Assembly: GCA_951406725.2 (NCBI GenBank)
Contig: OX597818.1
Coordinates: 62,001 to 126,000, forward strand
DNA: 64,000 nt
Origin: Octopus vulgaris
Taxonomy: Eukaryota
Direction of reading: 5' to 3'
The translations under genes were made by a program, and so were the position numbers. The notes beneath the pieces are model-generated. The model was not told the origin of the DNA. It did no database searches and saw only the letters and a program-made list of their open reading frames with translations. Shown one piece after another: positions 38,600 to 50,161 of this stretch. Position 1 is the stretch's first letter. Every line of letters begins with the position of its first letter.

Positions 38600-40180
38600 G
38601 TGGCATAGAGAGATTGCTAGGGTTTCATTTTCAGGAGCATCTGGCATAATGCTCCATTAGCAGAGTAGTATTCCTCATGATGCAGTCCAGTAACTGTTAG
38701 TGTTTAGCATTGGAGTTTCTCATAAAGCATAGATATTTTGGGAACTCAAGAGTACATTTGGTGATATAAGTGGAGTTTTGGGTATAATTGTATCCAGTAA
38801 GATAAGGAATCTTGCCAACATGTGGAGTAAGCTTCTTATTATTTGTCTTGTGTCATTGATCCTAAAACTGCACTGATTGCATAGCTACATGGGGACTGAC
38901 TGCTTTTTTCTTCTTAGTTCAAATCTACATGGCAGTAAACCTGAAGTTCCAATGAAATTTAATGTCTCTACCATAAGGAACTATATCTTTCTGATTAGCA
39001 ACAATGTCTCTATCATTTTATAAGAACAACTACTTTCTGGAAGAACCTGCAACAAATACCAATTGATTCTATTGTCTAACCATTTTGTTTCCACACATTT
39101 ATGTGTTAATTACAAGTTGAGTAATACCTTCTATATCAATTCATTAGGTATCTTAAACAACTGCACTTATAGCAGCTGGGTCCACAGCACCATCACTATA
39201 GGAAGGAAATTATCCTTCTCCAACTTGTAACAAAATTTTTTACAGAATCATCAGACAACTAAAATAAAAACATTGACAGTCATGTTTGTTGATAGTTTGG
39301 AGATTATCCTTTTGGTCAGAAGTAACGAGGATTTAAGGCAGGCACGAATTTTCATCAGCTTTTGTGCCTTTTGGAACCTTTAGCAGATATTGACAACACT
39401 ACTGCTACTCCTCCCATTTCTTTGATACACTGTCTTGGAATGTCCTGACAAGTTCTTTTGTATACCAATGTGTATTCATCCCAGATAGTCATTTGGCTTC
39501 TCTTAAGAATTTGTCTGGTTCCTGGATGGTTGCAAACAGTTTTATTGTTTGTGTCCAAGAGAAGTTTACAAGCAAACGATGTTGTATGTTAAACACCCCA
39601 CTTCCACCAGAAAGGAATATGGTGATAGTAGAAGCTGAAGAAATCAGTTGCAATACTTAAGTCTTTTTGTTGATGGACTTGGCCAACAAAAGACTGATTA
39701 GGAACGTCTTTCCAGTTACACCAGAAACATCTAGGAAACAAAAAAAAATCATTCTGCTTAACCCTGCTAGAATTGGGTAATGTCATTGCTGCTGTTTTGC
39801 TAAATCAGCAAATATTGCAGCATCAGATCCCTTAATGACATTAGCAGACATAATTGATGGGATTTTGCATTAGCTGTCAGTCAAGGTCTGGGAACCTCTG
39901 TCTTCTTTTACCCTTTTTCTGTAAGAGGGATAGCCACTTTAACCTGTTTGATTCTCCTTCACAAAATTGTCTTCGGAAAATATTTGGTACATTTGTTATT
40001 TTCCATGCGAAGAGACTTCCTGTTGAGGGCTGAGAACAAAAACCACCTGGATTCTGACAATATGGAAGAATCCTTTTTCCCTCCATGGGTCTCTGCAGAT
40101 ATAATGGAATCAGTTTATTTAAGTGAATCTTATTTGTAAACCAGAACAAAATATGTGCATGAGGCAAGTCTTTTTCTGTG
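38600..40180 (-). pseudogene. Decayed Helitron Rep/PIF1-helicase relic, longer copy
   Basis: LPHAHIL, GVTGKT, IWDEY, MGGVAVVLS and degenerate C-terminal helicase motifs (NDTR, ILTG, IIPKTPLI, KLQC*TLTVTGL). Confidence 0.72.
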
Positions 40181-40437
40181 GCATGATTGAAGGAAACATC
40201 AATTGTGGCCAATATTTTGTAAAAATATTTTAAAATGTCTACATTTAATCATGACTGTAATTTGAACTTGCATCCACAAAATTTGTCTTTCAGCTTTAAT
40301 ATCAACAGTTAAGTCATAGTCAGTAGCAGCACCAATCAAGTCTTTGACTAAAAATATCAACTTGCTTCTGATTTCTTGAGAGTTGGTAAGTGGAAGATGA
40401 TTGTAGGAGAGAGGCAGAGAGATAAAAATTGAAGAAG

Positions 40438-40475
<38 letters not shown>

Positions 40476-41227
40476 AGATGGTGAGAAAGAGATAAAAAAA
40501 AGAGAAATAGCTGATAATGGTGAGAACCTGAAAGAAGGAAAAGAGAATAAATGGAAGTAGCAACTCCTTCAATGAGGATGAGGAAAAAGTGTAGAAGACT
40601 TGACATTGATGGCAGCAGAGAATGAGACATTACTAGTATAAAATAAAGAGTGGATGGAGAAGACAAACAGATACATGCATAAAGTTTTTAAAATAATATA
40701 ATGGATTCCAGAAATCTCTTATGTACAAACAAACATACATTTTATCTCCTTTAATTATGCGAATTGATCTAAAATTATTTAATTAATTGAACTGTTATAT
40801 AATTCTTAAAATAATAACCACAAATTTCAAACATAAATGTCCATTAAATATCATTACTTTGCTTAATTAAATAAATACTTAGGTTCCCCTTACATTTACT
40901 CTCTTTTAATTAATTCAGTGATTTGATGCATGATAAATGATCGTATTTGTTTTACATATTTATCTCCTTTTTCATAGGCATTTTTGTCCTTTTTAAATGA
41001 TTTTTACCTGAAGATACTTTGATATCCACTGAAAGAGGTTTAATATTACTCTTAACATTTGGGTGGTGAGTTGGCAGAACAATTAGCACACCAGACAAAA
41101 TGCTTAGTGGTATTTCATCCTTCATATTCTGGGTTCAAATTCTGTGAAGGTTGACTTTGCCTTTCATCCCTTCAGGCTTGATAAAGTACATACCACTTGT
41201 GCACTGGGGTTGATGTAATCAACCTAG
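39512..41227 (-). repeat. Right arm of the inverted duplication (includes a SINE A at ~41060-41270)
   Basis: Reverse complement of 34872-36157 plus the extra segment ~40615-41030. Confidence 0.95.
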
Positions 41228-42184
41228 CCCCTCCCCCTGAATAGTTGGCCTTATGCCAAAAATTGGAACCAATATTTCTCTTAACACTGATACAAATTTT
41301 TACTACTTTATACGTCTGCAAGTTAATTTTATTGAAATTAAATGTTTTTTTGTTACAGATTATTGGAATTTTCTTTACAAAAAGCAATTGTTTTCAATTT
41401 CTCCTTTTTTTTTTTTTGTACATTTTCAGTCATTGTTCTGTGGCCATGGTGGATCACTGCCCTAAAATGTTTAGTTGAACAAAACTACTCCCATACTTAT
41501 TTTTAAGTCTTGTACTTATTCTGTTGGCCTCATTTTCAAAGCATTTAGTTACAGAGATGTAAATATGCCAATACCAGTTGCTAAGTAATGGGAAACAAAC
41601 ATACATATGTAATGATGGTTTTGAATTTTGGCACAAGGGAGCGGGGCAGTAATTCGATTACATCAGCCTCCAATGCTCAAATGGTACTTGTTTTATCAAC
41701 TCCTGACTGATAAAATGCAAAGCAGAATTTGAACTTAGAATATAAGGATGAACAAAACCAGTTTCCTAACAATTCTGCCAGCTTGCTGCCATTAATACAT
41801 AAATATAAAGTCAAACCAAGTAATGTTTTACCCTTTCTAGCAACATCCTCTACCAATCTGTTAAGTGATTTAAAGGACAAATTCTTTCATACAGTTTATG
41901 TTTTGAAATGTATTAGCTGAGGAAGGTGTAGTGTAAGAGATGAATTCTATTTTATCTGTTGCATAATGGTCTGAAAAGTACATATTAAATGTATTCAAAA
42001 TATCATTTCTTGCTTTGACTTTCAGATTATGTTACACAACTCCATACCAGTATCAGGTAGCCATTACTTACTCCATTTATACTGATACTTTAACAAAGAT
42101 TTACAGAGGTTTGTTTCTACTTCACTTGAGCTGGAAAATTCTGGAACATGCATCACTTCTAAGCATAATATAAAACACATATAG

Positions 42185-42405
42185 GTATATAGGTATAAAA
42201 TTGATATCAAATTACCGAACCAGGTATGTATCAAACTGCTGGACTACATCATGAAAGTTACAGAGAGATTTATAGTGTAATTGATTAGGAATGAAATTAA
42301 TCTAGATGACATTCAGTTTGGGTTTGTGCCTGAGAAGAGTACAACAGATGTCATCTTTCTAGTGAGACGGCTGCAGGAGAAGTATCTGGCTAAAAGTAAA
42401 CTGTA
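42185..42405 (+). mobile_element. RTE RT fragment
   Basis: MKVTER..INLDDIQFGFVPEKSTTDVIFLVRRLQEKYLAK. Confidence 0.85.
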
Positions 42406-42482
42406 TGATAGAATTTGTCCTTTAAATCACCTAACAGATAAGGAGAAGATGTTGCTAGAAGGGGTATGTATGTGTTTATATA

Positions 42483-42515
<33 letters not shown>

Positions 42516-42905
42516 ATGCCAGCTTAATTTAATTCATCCTTAGTCGAAAGACACCTGTTGTTATGTCCTGTTATTTGTATTTGTGTAACTTACTCCATTT
42601 TTTCCATCCTTGTTTTTGTATACATTCGCTGTTTTCTCCCAAAGAATCTAATGCTCTTAGCTTAGTTTTTCCTTGGGGCTAGCCAGATTGGAGCAATTTC
42701 AAGTATAACCAGCCGAAATTGCAAAGATAATCAGGAACTCAACTGAGGAAAGAAAACTCCGAATGACCTGTCCTTGTTTTCTTTGTATTGTCTATCTGGA
42801 TGTTTTGTTGTCCCTTTCTTGTATCACCTAACTGTCTGGATGTGTTGTGTTCTTGTCCCATTTTGTATTTATACAGACACACACACACACATATATATGT
42901 AGGTC

Positions 42906-42949
<44 letters not shown>

Positions 42950-42988
42950 GATGTATATGTATATATATGTATTTATATCTATATGAAG

Positions 42989-43020
<32 letters not shown>

Positions 43021-43543
43021 GTGTATATATATATACATACATACATATATATGTATATATATATGTATATACATACATACATACATATATATGTATATAT
43101 ATGTATAGTTACATATTTGTTGTAATCTTTTGTGCCCAATATTTCAATGAGCCTGTTAAACTTTTTTATATTCTCAACATGCTCTTGTCACCAAAGAATG
43201 TATATTTATATGGATTGTAGTACTCTGTGTCAACCAATATTCTGTGCATGTTTGAATATACAGATACAATACCAATACCAATATCAATTCCTTCTGGAAA
43301 CTATCTTAAGCATATCCTTGAGAATGATTATTTATGTAGTAATCTTTTGTGCCCAATATTTTAAGGAACTTGTTGAACTTCTTTATGTTACGTAGCAATT
43401 TGTAACAACCAATAATTAACGCAACCAAACTTCTACATGTTACTTTTGACAATCTTTTTCCAAAGAGTGAAACCGGTAAAGTAAATAAACATCTTTTAAA
43501 TTGCATTTTCAAACCTTCTTTCGTATATACATATATATATATG

Positions 43544-43649
<106 letters not shown>

Positions 43650-43913
43650 ATATTAGAAAAAATGAGGTAATCAGATCAGATGGTTCATATTTGTAGATAT
43701 TTATTTATATATTACATTTTTTACATATATATCATATCATTCAGATCATATCATTCGGATTAGCGCTTTCTCCCAATCTAGTGGGGTTTTCAAATCAAAT
43801 CAATTGTGGGGAGTTTGAACATTTTATAGTTTCGTAGTAGTGCGGAGGAATAAGATATAGTACAAGAGGGTGATAAGGAAGTGAGACAGAGAAAACATGT
43901 GTGTATGTGTATG

Positions 43914-43978
<65 letters not shown>

Positions 43979-44389
43979 TTATATCTGAGAGGGAAGAAGT
44001 GTTATTTCTGTTGGTCTACTGGACCTCCTGTGGTTTTATAAGAACTTGGCTCTGTCCATTTCGATGCCACTGAGTGTGTGTTGTGCGTAGGTTGGCCTGA
44101 CAAATGTCATTTGGGGTCACACTTTCTATGATCATTTTGTGGAGGTGTGTGTGTGTCTCTGTGTGTTTGGAGAAGGGGAGAGAGACAAAAAGAGAAAAGG
44201 GAAAATAAAAATTTTTTAAAAAATAAATAAAAAAATAAAAATATAAAAATAAAAAAAATATATAAAAAATAAATAAAAATAAAAATAAAAATAAGGGAGG
44301 AAGTGGAGAAGAAAAAAATATTTTTGTGTGTTGATATTTATACCAATACATATATATACACACACACAGACTTATACATAAAATATTTG

Positions 44390-44955
44390 AAAAAAACCTT
44401 TTTATCGGTCAAAAATGAACAACCATATTATACCATCTTGAAAATTGTATATCATAGGAAAGTTAAAATTAAAGTGACAATTAAAAGGTAAAGATGGAAG
44501 TGAATTATAAAGATAATAATATAATATGATGTATATAACAGGCAATACACATATCTATACACACACAGATATATATATATATATAGATATACACACACAG
44601 ACATATACTAAATGTTCTACTATATTAGATTGTAAATCGAAAGATGCGTCCTTCAATGTCACTATATATATATATATACATGCTTACACATGAAATATTA
44701 GGGAAAAATCCACCTTCTAACGAATCAAAATGAACAATCAAGTTACACCATCTTGAAAATTGCATATCATAGGAAGATTAAAGTTAGAATGACAATTGGC
44801 GAGTAAAGATCAAGTAAATTGCAAAAACAATATAATGTATGTAACAGGTAACGTATACACACACACACCTATATATATATACACACACACATATATTAAA
44901 TGTTCCACTGTATCATATTGTAAATTGAAAAAAATTTTTTGTCCTTCAATGTATG
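44390..44955. repeat. Diverged direct repeat (~260 bp, two copies)
   Basis: 44390-44659 and 44700-44952 share AAAATGAACAA..CCATCTTGAAAATTG.ATATCATAGGAA..GTCCTTCAATGT. Confidence 0.75.
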
Positions 44956-45009
44956 TTGAGTAAAGTTTCAGCCATTTAATTTGGGGGAGAACTTAGCTAT
45001 GAAATGTTT

Positions 45010-45232
45010 TTCCAGGTGTATTATACGTGCCACCGGCACGGAAACCAGTCGAGGTGGCGCTGGCATCGGCCACGAGTCGGATAGTGCTTTTTACGTACCA
45101 CCAGACCAGGGATCCTGCCTGGTTCAATTCGATTTCGATTTCGCTTGCCCCAACATGTCTTCGCAAGCAAAGGGGGTTGGCATGGGTGCCTGTCATCGGA
45201 TGAGGTTCTATATCGACTTCGCTTGCTTCAAC
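45010..45232 (-). mobile_element. RTE-type 3' UTR fragment
   Basis: Reverse complement resembles the tail repeats at 20630-20850. Confidence 0.6.
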
Positions 45233-45239
45233 AGATATA

Positions 45240-45480
45240 TATATATATATATGTATGTGTGTGTATATGTTTGTGTGTCTGTGTTTGTCCCCCAACATCA
45301 CTTGACAATTGATGCAGGCGTGTTTACGTCCCCGTAACTTAGCGGTTCGGCAAAAGAGACCGATAGAATAAGTACTAGGCTTACAAAGAATAAGTCCTGG
45401 GGTTAATTTCTTCAACTAAAGGCAGTGCTCCAGCATGGCCACAGTCAAATGACTGAAACAAGTAAAAGAGTAAAGAGTAA
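45240..45480 (+). mobile_element. SINE family B 3' half
   Basis: Matches 15790-16020. Confidence 0.85.
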
Positions 45481-45639
45481 CATTACTTCCCATGATAATT
45501 TGATATTATGCAGTTGAGGTTATTTCAGAAATTCTCATTTTAAAAACCATCTCTGGCTAATCGTTGAAAGGATGTTGGTGTTGCCTTGGCAGATGTTTGC
45601 GCTCTCTGAGTGTTCATTATTATTATTATTATTATTATT

Positions 45640-46186
45640 GAGTGAGAGAGCAGTGCATGCCATCAAAGTGACACTGGGGTAAAATATACAAAGCCCAGTA
45701 TACCCATCATCACTACCTGTCTGATAAGAGTACACTAGGCACATGCATCACAACCATATGTGTGCGACATGATGATCTCATATAAATATAAATAGCATAT
45801 GACCTTGCAGGTGGGGCCCAGTTAGAATTTTCTTCTGGTCAAGTAACCCATTTCACTCAAAAGGTCCCTGAATAAGGGTTGTTTAAGGATATTGAATAAA
45901 ACACCCATGTTTCCAAAGGTGAATTATTCAAACCCCATAGAATCCCTCTCAACACATGGCTATGATGCTCCCCCACTACTTCTGCTCGTGAACAGAGATG
46001 TACTTATTGTCAGCCACTAAGGGACATGCTCAACTGGTTAAGGTCAAACAACTGACAAACAAATCTGTGGTATTGAGCTGAATATTTGCTGTAGCCCATC
46101 TTTTATACCATCTTTTATACCATCTTAACTCCCAATCAGTTAAGATCAGAAACCATGAGAGCCACTGCCTGGTACTGCATCAGGGC
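45640..46186 (-). mobile_element. Near-complete copy of the 555-bp (TAA)n-associated element
   Basis: Same two termini as 46242-46796; small internal rearrangement near 46100-46130. Confidence 0.9.
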
Positions 46187-46196
46187 TATTATTTTT

Positions 46197-46241
<45 letters not shown>

Positions 46242-46795
46242 GAGTGAGAGAGCAGTTCACGCCATCAAAGTGACACTGGGGTGAAATATACGAAGCCCAA
46301 TATACCCATCATGACTACCCGTCTGATAAAGGTACACCAGGCACATGCATCACAACCATATGTGCGCGACATGGTGATCTCATATCAAGATAAACAGCAC
46401 ATGACCTTGCAGGTGAGGCCCAGTTAGAATTTTCTTCAGGTTGAGTAGCCCATCCCGCTCAAAAGGTCCCTGAATAAGGGTTGTTTAAGGATGTTGAAAG
46501 AACCACCCATGTTTCCAGAGGTGAACTATTCAAACCCCAAAGAATCCCTCTCAACACATGGCTATGATGCTCCCCCACTACTTGTGCTCGTGATCAGAGA
46601 TACACATATCGTCAGCCAATAAGGGACATGCTCAACTGGTTAAGGTCAAACAACTGACAAGCAAATCTGTGGTATTGAGCAGAATATTTGCTGTAGCCCA
46701 TCTTTTATACCAAGACAAAACAATGTACATGATAACACTTGCAATCAGTTAAGATCAGAAGCCATGAGAGCCACTGCCTGGTACTGCATCAGGGC

Positions 46796-46796
<1 letters not shown>
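46242..46796 (-). mobile_element. Complete 555-bp (TAA)n-associated non-coding element
   Basis: Plus-strand ends GAGTGAGAGAGCAG and TGCATCAGGGCA, embedded in (ATT)n; same length and ends as 53479-54033; strand inferred from truncation polarity. Confidence 0.9.
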
Positions 46797-46855
<59 letters not shown>

Positions 46856-47264
46856 CATTATTATTATTAATAATAAAAAGGCAGCAAGGTGGCAGAATCA
46901 TTAACATACTGGATGAAATGCTTAGTGGTATTTCACTCATTGCTCTGATCTGAGTTCAAATTCTGCCAAGGTCAACTTAGAGGTTCGGCAAAAGAGACCG
47001 ATAGAATAAGTATTAGGCTTACAAAGAATAAGTCCTGGGGTTAATTTCTTCAACTAAAGGCAGTGCTCCAGCATAGACACAGTCAAATGACTGAAACAAG
47101 TAAAAGAGTAAAGAGTAACATTACTTCCCATGATAATTTGATATTATGCAGTTGAGGTTATTTCAGAAATTCTCATTTTAAAAACCATCTCTGGCTAATC
47201 GTTGATGTGAAATTGACAAATGTTTTGATAGATTGCAGTGCCAAACACATTCTTGCCCTGACAA

Positions 47265-47525
47265 AACTTGAAGTGTTAAACACTAGAAAACTTGGAGTGT
47301 TCTTTGATGAAAACTTGGAGTGCTACTTCAAGAACCTATAGTGTTATCTCATACAGATATTGAAATGTTTTTCTACACAAATCCTTGAATGCTATTCTAC
47401 AAAGGTCTTGGAGTGTTATTCTACGCAAATCCTTTAGTGGTATTCCACATAAATCTTGGTATGTTAATCTACACAGATCTTGGAGTGATATTCTATACAG
47501 ATACTACAGGGGTTATTCTATATGA
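47265..47525. repeat. Degenerate ~24-bp minisatellite
   Basis: About ten units resembling TCTTGGAGTGTTATTCTACACAAA. Confidence 0.7.
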
Positions 47526-47886
47526 GATTATACAACAAATCACTGATTGATATCAAAATCTTTTTATAATGTAAGTTGGTAAAAATCGATTATAGTTACT
47601 GTATGATGTTTTTCAGAGGAAAGTAGGAAACATAAATAGACATTGCAACTGTTAATCTACTTAACTATATAATAACCTGACAAAAATCAGTTTTATTGAA
47701 GCAAATACATTTTACATGCTTCTACCAAGATATTTTTTTTCAAGTAGTTCAACCGTTCTGAAGTGTATTGACATCTTGCAAATATATGATCAACTTGCTA
47801 AAAATATCAGCTGAATCTGCCTTAAGTCACACTCTGATGACCAGTAAGAAACAAACTAATACAGGAAGCACATATTCAATAATGCA

Positions 47887-47935
<49 letters not shown>

Positions 47936-48302
47936 ATAATATATATATACAGTGTATATATATATACAATAATTTAGTGCTATGTACAATCTGTAGCAGT
48001 ATAGACACTCTGCAGCATAATATACACTCTGTATCTTATTCAAGAAGAGATGTTCATGGTTGGAAGATCTTTTATCATTGGTTTGCTTTATCAGGGTTGA
48101 CTGCAAATATATAACAGCAACTGCAACAATAACATGTTATGGTAACTTGCCATAAGTAATGCTCCAATACTTGGGATGGAATATTGTTTCATAAAACTGA
48201 CTTTTGACTTTTTGTTTTGTCTTCAAGTAAATCAATTTATTTCAAAATGTATTTATTGCTCCAGCACTCGTGAACTCTGAAATATGTATGTATATATGCA
48301 TG

Positions 48303-48358
<56 letters not shown>

Positions 48359-48361
48359 CAA

Positions 48362-49155
48362 TTTTAAAATAGGATAAAATCTTTATAAGAATTTATCAAG
48401 TAGTTAGATTGAAAAACCTCATAAGAGAAAAATCCACCAATTTTTCTCTTAAATATATTTATTTATATTATACATAGGGCATTACTATACATAAACGCCA
48501 CACTCTAAGAGGGACTCTTAAAGTCAAAACTACCAAAATAAATAAAAACATCATACTGAAAGCGAGGGAATGCAACTCTCAAAGCTAACCACTTAAAACA
48601 GAATTCAGCTGCAAATCACATGATTTTATAATTAGTGCAGAAATGCACTTTTTAATCATCAGTGCATGCATAATTCAAGATTTATAATGAATGAACAAAA
48701 ATTAACATACCAGACGAACAACCAATGTATCCAACGTAGTATATAGAAATGTTCACCCTTTATACATCTATGTAAATGGTGGGCTTTTACGAATTGCATC
48801 TCAGTATAATGTGTTTATTCGGAATAAAAATTCATTACCAAATATACGTCAGTTAAATTTACAATTTAAAAATAAGATTAAATCTTTATAAGAATTTATC
48901 AAGTAGTTAGCATGAAAAACCTCATAAGAGAAAAATCCACCAATTTTTCTCTTAAATCTATTTATTTATATTATATATAGGGCATTACTATACATAAGTG
49001 CCACATGCTAGGAGGGACTTTTAAAGTCAAAACTACCAAAATAAATAAACACATCGTACAGAAAGCGAGGGAATGCAACTCTCAAAGCTAACCACTCTCG
49101 AAGCTGTAAATCGCATGATTTCATAATTAGTTCAGAAATGCACTTTTTAATCGTC
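48362..49155 (+). repeat. About 290 bp direct repeats around a short spacer, possibly Penelope pseudo-LTRs
   Basis: 48362-48660 matches 48865-49155; spacer has a weak SNVVY..IYV GIY-YIG-like relic. Confidence 0.6.
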
Positions 49156-49299
49156 ATATAATATATAATATAATATAGAAGAATCCAATGCATCACCCAG
49201 TCTAGGAATTGAAATCACGATCTACCAATCTACTCTAACCCTAGGCCATGCACCATCAATAATAATAATAACAATAATAGTAATAATAATAATAACAAT

Positions 49300-49505
49300 G
49301 GTTTCAAATTTAGGCACAAGGCCAGCAATTTTAAGGGAGAGGGTAAGTCAATTAGATTGACTCCAGTGTTCAACTAATACATATTTTATCTACCCTGAAG
49401 GGATGAAAGGCAAAGTTGACCTCAGCAGAATTTGAGCTCAAAATGTAAAGACAGATGAAATGCCTCTAAGCATTTTACCTGGGATGCTGGTGATTCTGCT
49501 GGCTT
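49300..49505 (-). mobile_element. SINE family A, diverged
   Basis: Reverse complement of the family A body. Confidence 0.75.
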
Positions 49506-49516
49506 CCTACTTTAAT

Positions 49517-49570
<54 letters not shown>

Positions 49571-50080
49571 TGGAAGTGTTATCATGTACATTGTTTTGTC
49601 TTGGTATAAAAGATGGGCTACAGTAAATATTCTGCTCAATACCACAGATTTGCTTGTCAGTTGTTTGACCTTAACCAGTTGAGCATGTCCCTTAGTGGCT
49701 GACGATATGTGCATATGTGCATCTCTGATCACGAGCAGAAGTAGTGGGGGAGCATCATAGCCATGTGTTGAGAGGGATTCTTTGGGGTTTGAATAATTCA
49801 CCTCTGGAAACAGGGGTGTTTCGTTCAACATCCTTAAACAACCCTTATTCAGGGACCTTTTGAGCAGGATGGGTTACTCGACCAGAACAAAATTCTAACT
49901 GGGCCCCACCTGCAAGCTCATGTGCTGTTTATCTTGATATGAGATCGCCATGTCGTGCACATATGGTTGTGATGTATGTGCCTGGTGTACCCTTATCAGA
50001 CGGGTAGTCATGATGGGTATATCGGGCTTCGTATATTTTACCCCAGTGTCACTTTGATGGCATGCACTGCTCTCTCACTC
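49571..50080 (+). mobile_element. Truncated copy of the 555-bp element, opposite orientation, in (AAT)n
   Basis: Reverse complement of 46242-46745; followed by (AAT)n(AAG)n to ~50270. Confidence 0.9.
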
Positions 50081-50161
<81 letters not shown>

